Made by a program: the position numbers and the translations under genes. DNA of 64,000 bases from an uncultured Gammaproteobacteria bacterium (GTDB lineage: Bacteria; Patescibacteriota; Microgenomatia; UBA12405). Where the stretch lies: contig CAZCYZ010000001.1 in the NCBI GenBank assembly GCA_964503465.1, positions 405,898 through 469,897 on the forward strand. Reading direction: 5' to 3'. Shown here piece by piece: positions 10,553 to 20,221 of the stretch. Within the stretch, counting starts at the first letter, position 1. Each line of letters opens with the position of its first letter. Below the pieces are notes generated by a model, which had not been told where the DNA came from, ran no database searches, and saw only the letters and a program-made list of their open reading frames with translations.

Positions 10553-11112
10553 TGAATCGTTTCCAATCTACCATTGGTCTGGTCATCAACCGACAATTGC
10601 GAGGGGATAAAGATCAGGTCATCACCATCTTAACCCCACAACTTGGAAAGATCCAGACCATCAGCAAGAATATTCTTCATCCCAAAAGTCACCGATCATC
10701 GGCTCTTCAGCTCGGCAATCTTGTCAAAGTCCAACTCTATCAAAAGAACAATAGGTACTGGTTGTCAGAAGCTATTTCCATCACATCCTTCCTTGCTAAT
10801 CACAAAAATCTTTCCCAACTTAACCTCTTATTTTATTTTCTCGAACTTCTTAACCGTTTTGTCAAAGATAACCAACACATCGACACTCTGTTTGATGTTT
10901 CCACCTCTGCTGTCGCCGCTATTGGCCAAAATCAGTTCAAAAAATTTATCCAACAAGAAATATTCCTTCTTCAAATACTGGGATTTGGTGTCCCAACCCA
11001 AATACACCATACTTTCCAACTCCAACAGCTTGGTCCTTGCCAAAAACAACTTCATCACTACTTTGAATCCATACTCGAACAACCACTCGAAAGCCCAAAG
11101 CTTTTCCGATAA
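10552..11112 (+). CDS. recO: DNA repair protein RecO
   Basis: OB-fold start (GLVINR..GDKDQVITILTPQLGKI) and recO-glyS adjacency. Start moved to ATG 10552, which overlaps the upstream stop. Confidence 0.75.
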   Translation: MNRFQSTIGLVINRQLRGDKDQVITILTPQLGKIQTISKNILHPKSHRSSALQLGNLVKVQLYQKNNRYWLSEAISITSFLANHKNLSQLNLLFYFLELLNRFVKDNQHIDTLFDVSTSAVAAIGQNQFKKFIQQEIFLLQILGFGVPTQIHHTFQLQQLGPCQKQLHHYFESILEQPLESPKLFR

Positions 11113-11121
11113 AATATCACC

Positions 11122-12432
11122 ATGACTGATAATCTCGTTGAAAAGGTCGTTTCTCTATGCAAACGCCGAGGAATTGTCTATCCTAATTCTGAAATATACG
11201 GAGGGGTCCAAGGATTCTACGATTATGGACCAATTGGATCCTTGATGAAGTACAATCTCAAAAATCTCTGGTGGCAAGATAATGTTACCAAGCGCCGCGA
11301 TGTCGTCGGTATCGATGGATCAATTATCACCCACCCAAAAGTCTGGGAAGCTTCGGGGCACGTTAAAAACTTCGGGGACATTTTGGTTGAGTGCAAATCA
11401 TGCCACAAACGTTTTCGCCCAGATTTAATCAATAATTCTCCCAAATGTCCCGAATGTGGAGGAGAATTTACCCAACCTCGGAAATACAACATCTTATTTA
11501 ATACCCAGATTGGTGTTATTGAAGGGGAGACCATCCCGGCCTATCTTCGCGGAGAAGCGTGTCAAACAATCTATCTTGATTTCAAAAACATTGTTGACTC
11601 TACCAGAGTAAAAATTCCCTTCGGAGTTGCTCAAATTGGCAAAGCTTTCCGAAACGAAATAACCCCCAAAAATTTTCTTTATCGTCTTCGAGAATTTGAA
11701 CAATGGGACATTCAATACTTCACCCATCCCTCAGAAATGGATAAGTGGTTCGAATACTGGAAGCAAAATCGTATGGACTGGTATCAATCGTTGTTTAACA
11801 ATCCAAAAAACATCAGATTTCGTCAACACTCTGCCGACGAGCTAGTTTTTTATGCCCAAAAGGCTTTTGATATAGAATACAATTCACCCTGGGGATGGAC
11901 CGAATGGGAAGGAATTCATTGGCGGTCTGACTACGATCTTTCCCAGCATTCAAAGTTCTCAAATCAAAACTTATCCTATCAAGACCCAATTACCCATGAA
12001 AAATATATCCCCTGGATCACCGAAACTAGTGGGGGAGTTGACCGTACCTTCTTCTTTCTTCTTCTTGACGCCTATCATGAAGACCCACTTGAAAATGGTG
12101 ATGTTCGAGTCTGGTTACAAATACACCCCAAGATTAGTGCCTACAAATTAGCTATCCTGCCACTGGCTGGTAATAATCCAACATTAATCTCCAAGTCTGA
12201 AGAAATTTATCAACAACTTTCCCAAACATATTCTGTTGACTTTGACGATTCAGGCAATATTGGCAAAAAATACCGCCGCCAGGACGAAATTGGCACACCG
12301 TGGTGTCTCACTGTTGATTTCCAAACATTGGACGATGATACCGTTACCATTCGCAATCGTGACACCATGAATCAATCCCGCCTAAAAATTAAGGAAATTG
12401 ACAATTGGTTATCAAAACAATTACACTCATAA
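11122..12432 (+). CDS. glyQS: Glycine--tRNA ligase (homodimeric type)
   Basis: LCKRRG..EIYGG..YDYGP, AQIGKAFRNEITP, REFEQ, GNIGKKYRRQDEIGTP. Confidence 0.95.
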   Translation: MTDNLVEKVVSLCKRRGIVYPNSEIYGGVQGFYDYGPIGSLMKYNLKNLWWQDNVTKRRDVVGIDGSIITHPKVWEASGHVKNFGDILVECKSCHKRFRPDLINNSPKCPECGGEFTQPRKYNILFNTQIGVIEGETIPAYLRGEACQTIYLDFKNIVDSTRVKIPFGVAQIGKAFRNEITPKNFLYRLREFEQWDIQYFTHPSEMDKWFEYWKQNRMDWYQSLFNNPKNIRFRQHSADELVFYAQKAFDIEYNSPWGWTEWEGIHWRSDYDLSQHSKFSNQNLSYQDPITHEKYIPWITETSGGVDRTFFFLLLDAYHEDPLENGDVRVWLQIHPKISAYKLAILPLAGNNPTLISKSEEIYQQLSQTYSVDFDDSGNIGKKYRRQDEIGTPWCLTVDFQTLDDDTVTIRNRDTMNQSRLKIKEIDNWLSKQLHS

Positions 12433-12434
12433 AC

Positions 12435-13043
12435 ATGATCCAATTCATCATCATTCTTCTATCGTCATTTTTCCTCTTTGGTTGCAATTCCAATTCAACC
12501 CCAACCCCAACTCCAACTCCAAGTCCCAAAATAATTGAACTTAGTCAAAACGAAAAACCAATTGTCAGTCTTATACCCCGAACTGACGGCCACGAAATTA
12601 AACTCAAAATCGAAAATATTCCCCCAACAATTAACCAAATCGAATACGAACTCTTGTACACCGCTGTTGATAATAATATGGAAATTGAAAAAGGAGCTGG
12701 GGACACCATCAAACTAACAAGTCAAAGTGTCGAAAGAAATCTTCTCCTGGGAACCTCAAGCTGCACCAACGGTTGCAAGTATAAATATGATAACGGTGTC
12801 ACCGGTGGCACCTTATCACTAACGTTAATCACCAACAACAATCAAATTATCACCTTCGAAACCCCGTTTACCCTTAAAACAGGTAAGGACATTAAAAAAG
12901 CCAATAACACCATCACTCTGCCAGTTGAAAATTACTCCCAAACCGTCTCTAACCCCAAACCTGCCTCCTTTTATCTCCTCCTCAAAAACTTTGGCTCTCC
13001 AGACGGCGCCCCTTATAAACTCTTTGAAAGCGGCAGCTTCTAG
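12435..13043 (+). CDS. Hypothetical lipoprotein with Pro/Thr linker
   Basis: Hydrophobic signal ending FLFGC (lipobox), then STPTPTPTPSP; start at ATG 12435. Confidence 0.65.
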   Translation: MIQFIIILLSSFFLFGCNSNSTPTPTPTPSPKIIELSQNEKPIVSLIPRTDGHEIKLKIENIPPTINQIEYELLYTAVDNNMEIEKGAGDTIKLTSQSVERNLLLGTSSCTNGCKYKYDNGVTGGTLSLTLITNNNQIITFETPFTLKTGKDIKKANNTITLPVENYSQTVSNPKPASFYLLLKNFGSPDGAPYKLFESGSF

Positions 13044-13048
13044 TCTTC

Positions 13049-13909
13049 ATGACTTATCACCAACCGGTTCTCTTAAGCGAAGCTGTCAGGCTTCTTGACC
13101 CTTCTCCCAATAAAACCTTTCTTGACGCTACTCTCGGCAACGGTGGCCACTCATATCAATTACTCAAAAAAGGAGCTACTGTGTTTGGTCTAGATGCCGA
13201 TCAAGCCAACCTAAAACTCGCCTCGTCCAGATTGTCTCAGTTCAAACACTTTTACCCAATCCATGATAACTTTGTCAATCTAAAATCAATTCACCAACAC
13301 CACATCAAGCGCCCCTTAGACGGTATCATTTTTGATCTTGGTCTTAGCAATAACCAAATCACTGCCCAGAATCGTGGCTTCTCATTTAACGACAACCTAT
13401 CACTTGACATGCGACTTAACCCAACCCACACCCACCTTACAGCCCAAGCTATCATCAACACTTATGATCTTAACCAATTATCAGAAATTTTTTCAAAATA
13501 CGGTCAAGAGATACTTGCCAAACCAATCTCCGCCTCAATAATCAACCATCGTCAGCACTCACCCATAACTACCGCCTCAAGACTGGCAAAAATAATTACC
13601 GACTGTTATTCCCAGCATCACCGCAGACCCACTCATCATCCTGCAACCAAAGTCTTCCTCGCTCTAAAAACTGTCGTCAATAACGAATACAACAACCTGA
13701 AAGACACCCTTCCTCAAACCATTAACCTACTTAAACCAAACGGAGTTACTATTATTATTACATTTCACTCTGGAGAGGATAGGTTGGTAAAACTTTTTAT
13801 AAAGTCACATCACTTTTTTCAGTCTGGAACAATTTATCCATCATCTAAAGAAATCGATCACAATCCCTTATCCAGAAGCGCTATTCTTAGATGGTATAAA
13901 ATCTGTTAA
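13049..13909 (+). CDS. rsmH: 16S rRNA m4C1402 methyltransferase
   Basis: HQPVLL, DATLGNGGHS, DLGLS, RGFSF..LDMR, ITFHSGEDRLVK, NPLSRSA. Confidence 0.95.
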   Translation: MTYHQPVLLSEAVRLLDPSPNKTFLDATLGNGGHSYQLLKKGATVFGLDADQANLKLASSRLSQFKHFYPIHDNFVNLKSIHQHHIKRPLDGIIFDLGLSNNQITAQNRGFSFNDNLSLDMRLNPTHTHLTAQAIINTYDLNQLSEIFSKYGQEILAKPISASIINHRQHSPITTASRLAKIITDCYSQHHRRPTHHPATKVFLALKTVVNNEYNNLKDTLPQTINLLKPNGVTIIITFHSGEDRLVKLFIKSHHFFQSGTIYPSSKEIDHNPLSRSAILRWYKIC

Positions 13910-14148
13910 TGCCTTTTTTTCTTATTTCCCTAATCGTTCAGCTCCTCTCTTCGTTTTACTACAGTAACCAAATTGTCAAACTTAACGACCAGTCCCAGCA
14001 ACAACTACTAACCATTAGCGCGCTAAGCTACCAACACCAAAACCTCGAAACCGAATGGGCCATTCTTAACCGTCTAGAAAACATCGCTACCCAAGCCGCC
14101 CAACTCAACCTTAAACCTATTAAACAATCACTTGATTTTACTCGATGA
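13909..14148 (+). CDS. ftsL: Probable cell division protein FtsL
   Basis: Position between rsmH and ftsI; TM segment plus coiled coil; RLENIA...LNL. Confidence 0.55.
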   Translation: MPFFLISLIVQLLSSFYYSNQIVKLNDQSQQQLLTISALSYQHQNLETEWAILNRLENIATQAAQLNLKPIKQSLDFTR

Positions 14149-15764
14149 CATCCGCCAGAACAAAAATCCTGCTTAGCACTATTATCATTATTTTTAGCAT
14201 TAATCTTAGCCGCTTTTTTTATTGGCAAGTAATCCGCAGGAATGACCTCAAAAAACAACAACTTTCTCAAAACTACAAAATCACCAAAATCGAACCGATT
14301 CGAGGTAAAATTTTGTCCCAAGACCAATACCCACTAGTCCTCAATCAAGACAAATACCAACTCTCAATCTACAAACCTGACCTAAAGTCACCAATATCCA
14401 CTATTATTAAAACTCTAGGTCAACTAAAACCAGACTTAGCTATCAAATACTTCTCCCAACTATCTAATTTTGACAATAATTCCGAACAAAAGTGGATCAC
14501 ACTGTCGGAAGACTTTGGTTCTGAAGATATCTCAAAACTTGATATTCCAGGAATCGTCCTCCAAAAAGTTAACCGACGTTTTTATCCACAAGGAAAACTA
14601 CTCCGTCAAACTTTGGGGAATATCAGCTTAAGTGGATTAGAAAGTTATTACAATCAACAGTTGATTGGCCGAACCGGCTTCCTCTGGACACCCAAGGATG
14701 CTATTGGTAACCCGATTCTTACCCAAAAATCTTGGCAAATCGATTCAATTGACGGTCGCAGCCTTCATCTTAATATCAACCGTTCAGTCCAATTTTTGAT
14801 TGAAACTAAATTAGCCGAAGGAATCAACAAATTCCAAGCTGACTGGGGTTCGGTTATTGTCCTTGATAGTCCCACTGGAAAAATACTCGGTATTAGCAGT
14901 CAAGAAGCCACATCTTCAAATCAAATAGCACCACGCAATATTGCTATTTCTGATCTTTTTGAACCAGGATCAATTTTTAAACCACTCGTTGTTGCCATGG
15001 CTCTGGACTCAAATGTTATTGACCAAGACTACACCTGCCAATCATGTGACCAACCAAAAGTTATTGGCGATAATACCATCAATAACTGGGATTTTAATCT
15101 CCACCCCAACTCCACCCTTAAAGACATTATCAAAAACTCAGACAATATTGGCATGGCTAGCATTATCGAAATTTTGGGGTTAGAAAAATTTACCAATTAC
15201 TTTCACCGACTTGGATTAGATCAAAAAACCAACATTGATCTCCCCGGAGAAGCTAGGCCAATCTCAAAAAACTACTGGAGTCCAATTGACCTTGCCACCG
15301 CCTCGTTTGGCCAAGGCTTTGCCATCAGCCAAATACAAATGGTTACCGCCTTTAACTCTCTCGCCAACGACGGCGTTCTTGTCTTACCAAAGGTTGTTGA
15401 CTATCTTAGCCAATCAGATCAAGTTATCTACCCCAAAATGACTCTTTCCAAAAAAATCTTTGATCAGAAAACCACTAGTTTAATCAAGTCTATTTTAAAA
15501 TATTCAGTTGACAACGGAGCTATTGCCAAATTAAAACCTGACAATCTCGACGTCTGTGCCAAAAGTGGCACCGCTCAAGTTGCCATAAAGGGAGGGTATC
15601 TTGATACTACCACCAATGCCTCATATGTCGGCTTTTCTCCTTGTGATCACCCCAAAATCACCATGATTGTCACTCTTCACAATCCCAAAGCATCGTCCTG
15701 GGGATCTTCTACCGCCGCCCCAATTTGGTTTGAAATTACCGACTCTATCATTAAGTTGTTATAA
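14145..15764 (+). CDS. ftsI: Class B penicillin-binding protein (FtsI-like)
   Basis: RGKI, RRFYPQG, SxxK (EPGSIFK), SDN and KSGT motifs. Confidence 0.9.
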   Translation: MTSARTKILLSTIIIIFSINLSRFFYWQVIRRNDLKKQQLSQNYKITKIEPIRGKILSQDQYPLVLNQDKYQLSIYKPDLKSPISTIIKTLGQLKPDLAIKYFSQLSNFDNNSEQKWITLSEDFGSEDISKLDIPGIVLQKVNRRFYPQGKLLRQTLGNISLSGLESYYNQQLIGRTGFLWTPKDAIGNPILTQKSWQIDSIDGRSLHLNINRSVQFLIETKLAEGINKFQADWGSVIVLDSPTGKILGISSQEATSSNQIAPRNIAISDLFEPGSIFKPLVVAMALDSNVIDQDYTCQSCDQPKVIGDNTINNWDFNLHPNSTLKDIIKNSDNIGMASIIEILGLEKFTNYFHRLGLDQKTNIDLPGEARPISKNYWSPIDLATASFGQGFAISQIQMVTAFNSLANDGVLVLPKVVDYLSQSDQVIYPKMTLSKKIFDQKTTSLIKSILKYSVDNGAIAKLKPDNLDVCAKSGTAQVAIKGGYLDTTTNASYVGFSPCDHPKITMIVTLHNPKASSWGSSTAAPIWFEITDSIIKLL

Positions 15765-15776
15765 TCTACCTACTCA

Positions 15777-17009
15777 ATGTTCCTTCGCCAGTCAAAGTAT
15801 TACCTCCAAAAGCTGAAAAACTATCTTTGGCATCTTCCAAAAGCTATATTTGCCAACATTTATTACCGCTTTCCGTCAAACCAACTCACCTTGATCGGGA
15901 TCACTGGAACCGACGGCAAGACCACCACCACCCACCTCATTCACCACTTCTTGGTCCAGTCAGGCCTACGTACTGAAGTTATATCTACCATCAACAGCCC
16001 CGGACTCCATACCACTTCCCCCGACTCAATCATAGTCCAAAAACTCTTTCGTGATTTTGTCAATCGCGGCATTACCCATGTCGTCGTCGAAGTTACCGCT
16101 CATGCCATCGATCAATTTCGATATTGGGGATGCCATTTTCAGATCGGCGTTCTTACCAACATCTCCCACGAACACCTCGATGATTTCATTTCCATGGACA
16201 ATTATGTTCTTACCAAAGCCAAGTTCTTTCGCCACCTCGACACAGCTATTCTTAATCAGGATGACCCATCATTTCCTATAATTTCTCAGGCTAAAGTTAA
16301 AAATATTATCACATATGGCATTAAAGATACTTCAAACTTCCAGGCAAAAAATATTAAACTTACTCCTACAAAACTTTCCTTTAGAGTTAACGACACCCAT
16401 GTTGTCACTAATACACCCTATAGATACCAAGTCTTCAATATTCTGGCCGCCATCGCCGTCGCCAACCATATTGGGCTCGACCTGCAAAAACTTGCAAAAT
16501 ATTTAAAAAATTTTCCTGATATCAAAGGTCGACGTCAAGAAATCAAAAACTCGCTGAGTATCAGGGCAATTGTCGATTTCGCTCACACCCCAGCTGCCCT
16601 AAAACAAACACTCTCATCACTTAAGTCAACTACCTCTGGCAAGCTAATAGTTATTTTTGGAGCCACTGGTGGACGAGACTCAAGCAAACGACCTTTAATG
16701 GGTCAAGTAGTATCAAAAATTGCCGATATCGCCGTAATTACCGCCGATGATACTCGACATGAAAACATAAATCTTATTAACCAGCAAATTATTGCCGGGA
16801 TTAATCATCATCACCCCGAATTCAAGTTCTATAATATCCCTGACAGACAAGAGGCATTTAATCTCGCCATTAAACTAACCAAGCCGGGAGACACAGTTGT
16901 CGCTTGCGGTAAAGGTCACGAAACTACTATTCTTCATGGATCAACCGAGTATCCTTGGTCAGAAGCCGACGCTTTTAGAACAGCCTTCCGCCAAAAACAT
17001 AATGTTTAA
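15777..17009 (+). CDS. murE: MurE-family Mur ligase
   Basis: GITGTDGKTTT, TTSP, EVTAHAIDQFR, TNISHEHLD, DFAHTP, GGRD, GKGHE. The specificity motif reads DDTR. Confidence 0.85.
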   Translation: MFLRQSKYYLQKLKNYLWHLPKAIFANIYYRFPSNQLTLIGITGTDGKTTTTHLIHHFLVQSGLRTEVISTINSPGLHTTSPDSIIVQKLFRDFVNRGITHVVVEVTAHAIDQFRYWGCHFQIGVLTNISHEHLDDFISMDNYVLTKAKFFRHLDTAILNQDDPSFPIISQAKVKNIITYGIKDTSNFQAKNIKLTPTKLSFRVNDTHVVTNTPYRYQVFNILAAIAVANHIGLDLQKLAKYLKNFPDIKGRRQEIKNSLSIRAIVDFAHTPAALKQTLSSLKSTTSGKLIVIFGATGGRDSSKRPLMGQVVSKIADIAVITADDTRHENINLINQQIIAGINHHHPEFKFYNIPDRQEAFNLAIKLTKPGDTVVACGKGHETTILHGSTEYPWSEADAFRTAFRQKHNV

Positions 17010-17574
17010 CATTCAAAACAGCAATAAACCAGAAGACAACTATTCTTCCGGTTTACTGCCACAACGAAACCGTAAAAACTTCTGGTATTTTGACAGTAGT
17101 TGTCGCTCTAACCTGTCACAGTTTCAACTTTCTTCCGAAAATCGTCGTATTCTCAAAAAAACCACAAATTTTTCCTACACTGTCACTCCGCTTCCTCAAA
17201 AACCAGATAAAGCAATTTTTAGCTGGACCAAAGAACTAGGTTGGGATTTCCCCAACAACTCTATCAAAACCATTTTTCAAAGTCACCTTTTTAATACTCT
17301 TTATATCTGGCAACACAACTCTCAAAAAATTGCCTACTCTGTGTGTTATTTTGACAACACCATCTCCCATTGCGCCTATGTTTTTTATCATCCAAAATAC
17401 TATCACTTAGACCTTCCCATTCGCTTAGTCCTGCAGGCCATCATCGACAGCCAGCAACAAGGATTAAAATTTTGCTACCTTGGCCGCGATCACACTCATC
17501 CAGGTAATTTCTATAAACGCAACATGCCAGGATACGAATACATTAAAGACAAAAACTGGCTAAAATATAGATAA
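17002..17574 (+). CDS. ATE1/Bpt-like aminoacyl-tRNA-dependent transferase (GNAT-like fold)
   Basis: CRSNLSQFQLSSENRRILKK, YVFYHP, LVLQAI...QQQGLKFCYLG and FYK match the arginyl/leucyl-tRNA protein transferase pattern as I recall it. ATG 17002 overlaps the end of murE. Confidence 0.6.
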   Translation: MFNIQNSNKPEDNYSSGLLPQRNRKNFWYFDSSCRSNLSQFQLSSENRRILKKTTNFSYTVTPLPQKPDKAIFSWTKELGWDFPNNSIKTIFQSHLFNTLYIWQHNSQKIAYSVCYFDNTISHCAYVFYHPKYYHLDLPIRLVLQAIIDSQQQGLKFCYLGRDHTHPGNFYKRNMPGYEYIKDKNWLKYR

Positions 17575-17579
17575 AAACT

Positions 17580-18875
17580 ATGCGCATCCACATCATCGGC
17601 ATTGCTGGACAAGGAATGACTACCCCCCTAGCGCTTGAACTTCAACGTCTGGGCCACTTTGTCACTGGTTCCGACCAAGACAAAATTTATCCTCCTGCTA
17701 GTCTTTTGCTAAGGAAATCTCATATTCCCATCAACGTTGATCCATCTCGTACCGATTTGGTTATTGTTGGCTCCAGTTTTCGTAATTTACCAAAACTTTC
17801 TCAAGAGTTTACACAAATCAAACAGCTTGGTATCCCCTATATCTCCGCCACCAAATACATTGCCCAAAATATCGTCAAAAGCAATTCTATCCTAGTCGCA
17901 GGCACATTTGGGAAAACCACCATTACTGCTCTTATATCCTGGATACTGACCAAAGCCAAATTTAACCCCTCATTCATGATTGGTGGTCAACCAATCAACA
18001 AAATACCCCCTCTTGCGATTACCTCTTCCGACTGGTCCGTTGTCGAAGCCGATGAGTCCATTAACGGTCTTGACACCAAAGCAAAGTTTTTATATTACCC
18101 GTGCAAATATGTTCTTCTCACCAGCGCCGATTGGGAACACCAAGATTCCTACCCAACTAACCAGGAAAACCTTAATGCTTTCAAAAAACTCCTCCAAAAC
18201 ATACCTCAAGACGGCTTTCTCGTCTACAACCCCAATAGTCCAAGTATTTCTCAAATACTTCCATTTTGTCCCGGTAAAACTATTCCTTACAACTTTAATC
18301 TAACTTTCAACACTAATCTAATCGGCCAACACAACCAAGAAAATATTTTCGCTGCCTACACACTTTGTCACCACCTGGGAATCCCTGATTCCACTATCCG
18401 ATCGGCCATCAAGTCGTTTAAAGGGGTAGTTCGCCGCCTACAACTAGTCAAAGACACTCACAATATTCTTTTTATCGATGATTTTGCCCAATCCACCATT
18501 AGAATCGAATCAACCATCAAGGCAATCACCCTGCACTATCCAGGCAGACCAATCAAGGTTTATTTTGAACCACATGCCTCATTTCTTCAATATCGCTCGA
18601 GTATCCCCGGTTTCAAACAAGCTTTTAAGTCAACCCAGGAGGTTGTACTCGGAAAGATAAAATTTAACCCCAACTTAAGCCCACACCAGCGAGTTACCGC
18701 CAACACCTTTGCATCTGAGGTGGGCAATAAGTTAAAATATATACCACTGTCCAACCAAGTAGTTTCTCACTATCAACAAGTCCTAACGTCTGGTGACATT
18801 CTCCTTCATCTTAGTTCTGGTGGACTTGAAGGACAAAAAATCTTTCATCATCTCATCAGATATTTTAGTAATTAA
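17580..18875 (+). CDS. MurC/Mpl-family ligase, Mpl-like (murein peptide ligase)
   Basis: MRIHIIGIAGQGM, VTGSDQDKIYPPASLLL (Mpl has GSD.NVYPPMSTLL), VAGTFGKTT, VEADE, FKGVVRRLQ, DDFA. Confidence 0.75.
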   Translation: MRIHIIGIAGQGMTTPLALELQRLGHFVTGSDQDKIYPPASLLLRKSHIPINVDPSRTDLVIVGSSFRNLPKLSQEFTQIKQLGIPYISATKYIAQNIVKSNSILVAGTFGKTTITALISWILTKAKFNPSFMIGGQPINKIPPLAITSSDWSVVEADESINGLDTKAKFLYYPCKYVLLTSADWEHQDSYPTNQENLNAFKKLLQNIPQDGFLVYNPNSPSISQILPFCPGKTIPYNFNLTFNTNLIGQHNQENIFAAYTLCHHLGIPDSTIRSAIKSFKGVVRRLQLVKDTHNILFIDDFAQSTIRIESTIKAITLHYPGRPIKVYFEPHASFLQYRSSIPGFKQAFKSTQEVVLGKIKFNPNLSPHQRVTANTFASEVGNKLKYIPLSNQVVSHYQQVLTSGDILLHLSSGGLEGQKIFHHLIRYFSN

Positions 18876-18887
18876 CCACTTAATACC

Positions 18888-20216
18888 ATGTCACGATACA
18901 TAGTTAATGGCGGAAAACCACTTCATGGCGAAGTTTCTATTCGAGGTGCCAAAAACGCTAGTTTCAAACAAATCATTGCCTCAATGCTAAGTGATAAACC
19001 CACCCACCTCACTAATATCCCCAACATTTCCGACGTCCGCATCACCAAAAGTATCGCCAAAAGTCTTGGAGCTAAAATTCTCACCACAGGTGAACACAGT
19101 ATTGAAATCCAAACCAAAAAACTCACCAGCTCGACCGTTCCCCACGGTACCGGAGACAAATCCCGTACCTCATTTATTTTTTCTGCCCCATTGTTGGCCC
19201 GTACCGGAAATGCCACCATTCCACTTCCCGGAGGCGACAAACTCGGCGCTAGGCCACTAGACCGCCTTTTTGATTGTTTTACTCAAATGGGAATTACCAC
19301 TGAGTTCCAAAATGATCTTATGGTTTTTCACACCGACTGCATCAAACCAACCCACTACACTTTTCCAAAACCGTCACACACAGTCACTGAAGTTGTCATT
19401 ATGACCGCCACTCTTGCCAATGGAGAAACAGTCCTCGACAATGCAGCCCAAGAGCCAGAAATCGATGATTTAATCACCATGTTAAACAGTATGGGGGCTG
19501 TTATCTCTCGAAACCCCAAAAATCCAGGTAGAATCATCATTCAAGGAGTCCCTTGGCTTAATGGAACCAACCATCAAGTCATTCCCGACAGAAATGAAAC
19601 CATCACCTTTGCTTGTGCTGCTCTCTCCACCAAAGGGTCCATTAACATTTTAAGAACCAATCCTAATATCATTAAATGTTTTCTTGAGACAATAGAACGA
19701 ATGGGGGCCAAGGTCTTTGCTGGAGACGATGAGGTTTCCATTAGTTGGACCAAACCACTTCATTCTGTTGATGTCGAGACCGGACCAGAGCCAGGCTTTA
19801 TGACTGATTGGCAACCATTATTTACCGTTGTACTAACTCAAGCTATTGGCTGTAGCAATCTAATCGAAAGAATATTCCCATTTCGCTTTCAACATATTGA
19901 CACTCTAACCAAAATGGGTGGTAAGTTCAAGTTTTTTAACCCCACCGTCAGCCACCCGGAACAATATTATCATTTCAATCCAGAAAGCGACAAACCAGAA
20001 TATCATCACGGTGTCAAGATATTCGGACCAGCCCAACTCCAGCCATTAGAAATCGATATTAACGATCTTCGAGCCGGTGCCTGTGCCACCCTAGCAGCCC
20101 TTACCGCTCAGGGACAATCCGTTATTAATGGTGTTGAATTTATTGAAAGAGGTTACGAAAAACTAGCCGACCGGCTCAAATCTCTTAACGCCTCGATCGA
20201 ATATATAAAAACTTAA
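18888..20216 (+). CDS. murA: UDP-N-acetylglucosamine enolpyruvyl transferase (Cys-to-Asp variant)
   Basis: GAKNA, LPGGDKLGARP, NAAQEPEI, PDRNE, PGFMTD, DLRAGA, IERGYE. Confidence 0.95.
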   Translation: MSRYIVNGGKPLHGEVSIRGAKNASFKQIIASMLSDKPTHLTNIPNISDVRITKSIAKSLGAKILTTGEHSIEIQTKKLTSSTVPHGTGDKSRTSFIFSAPLLARTGNATIPLPGGDKLGARPLDRLFDCFTQMGITTEFQNDLMVFHTDCIKPTHYTFPKPSHTVTEVVIMTATLANGETVLDNAAQEPEIDDLITMLNSMGAVISRNPKNPGRIIIQGVPWLNGTNHQVIPDRNETITFACAALSTKGSINILRTNPNIIKCFLETIERMGAKVFAGDDEVSISWTKPLHSVDVETGPEPGFMTDWQPLFTVVLTQAIGCSNLIERIFPFRFQHIDTLTKMGGKFKFFNPTVSHPEQYYHFNPESDKPEYHHGVKIFGPAQLQPLEIDINDLRAGACATLAALTAQGQSVINGVEFIERGYEKLADRLKSLNASIEYIKT

Positions 20217-20221
20217 ACAAA

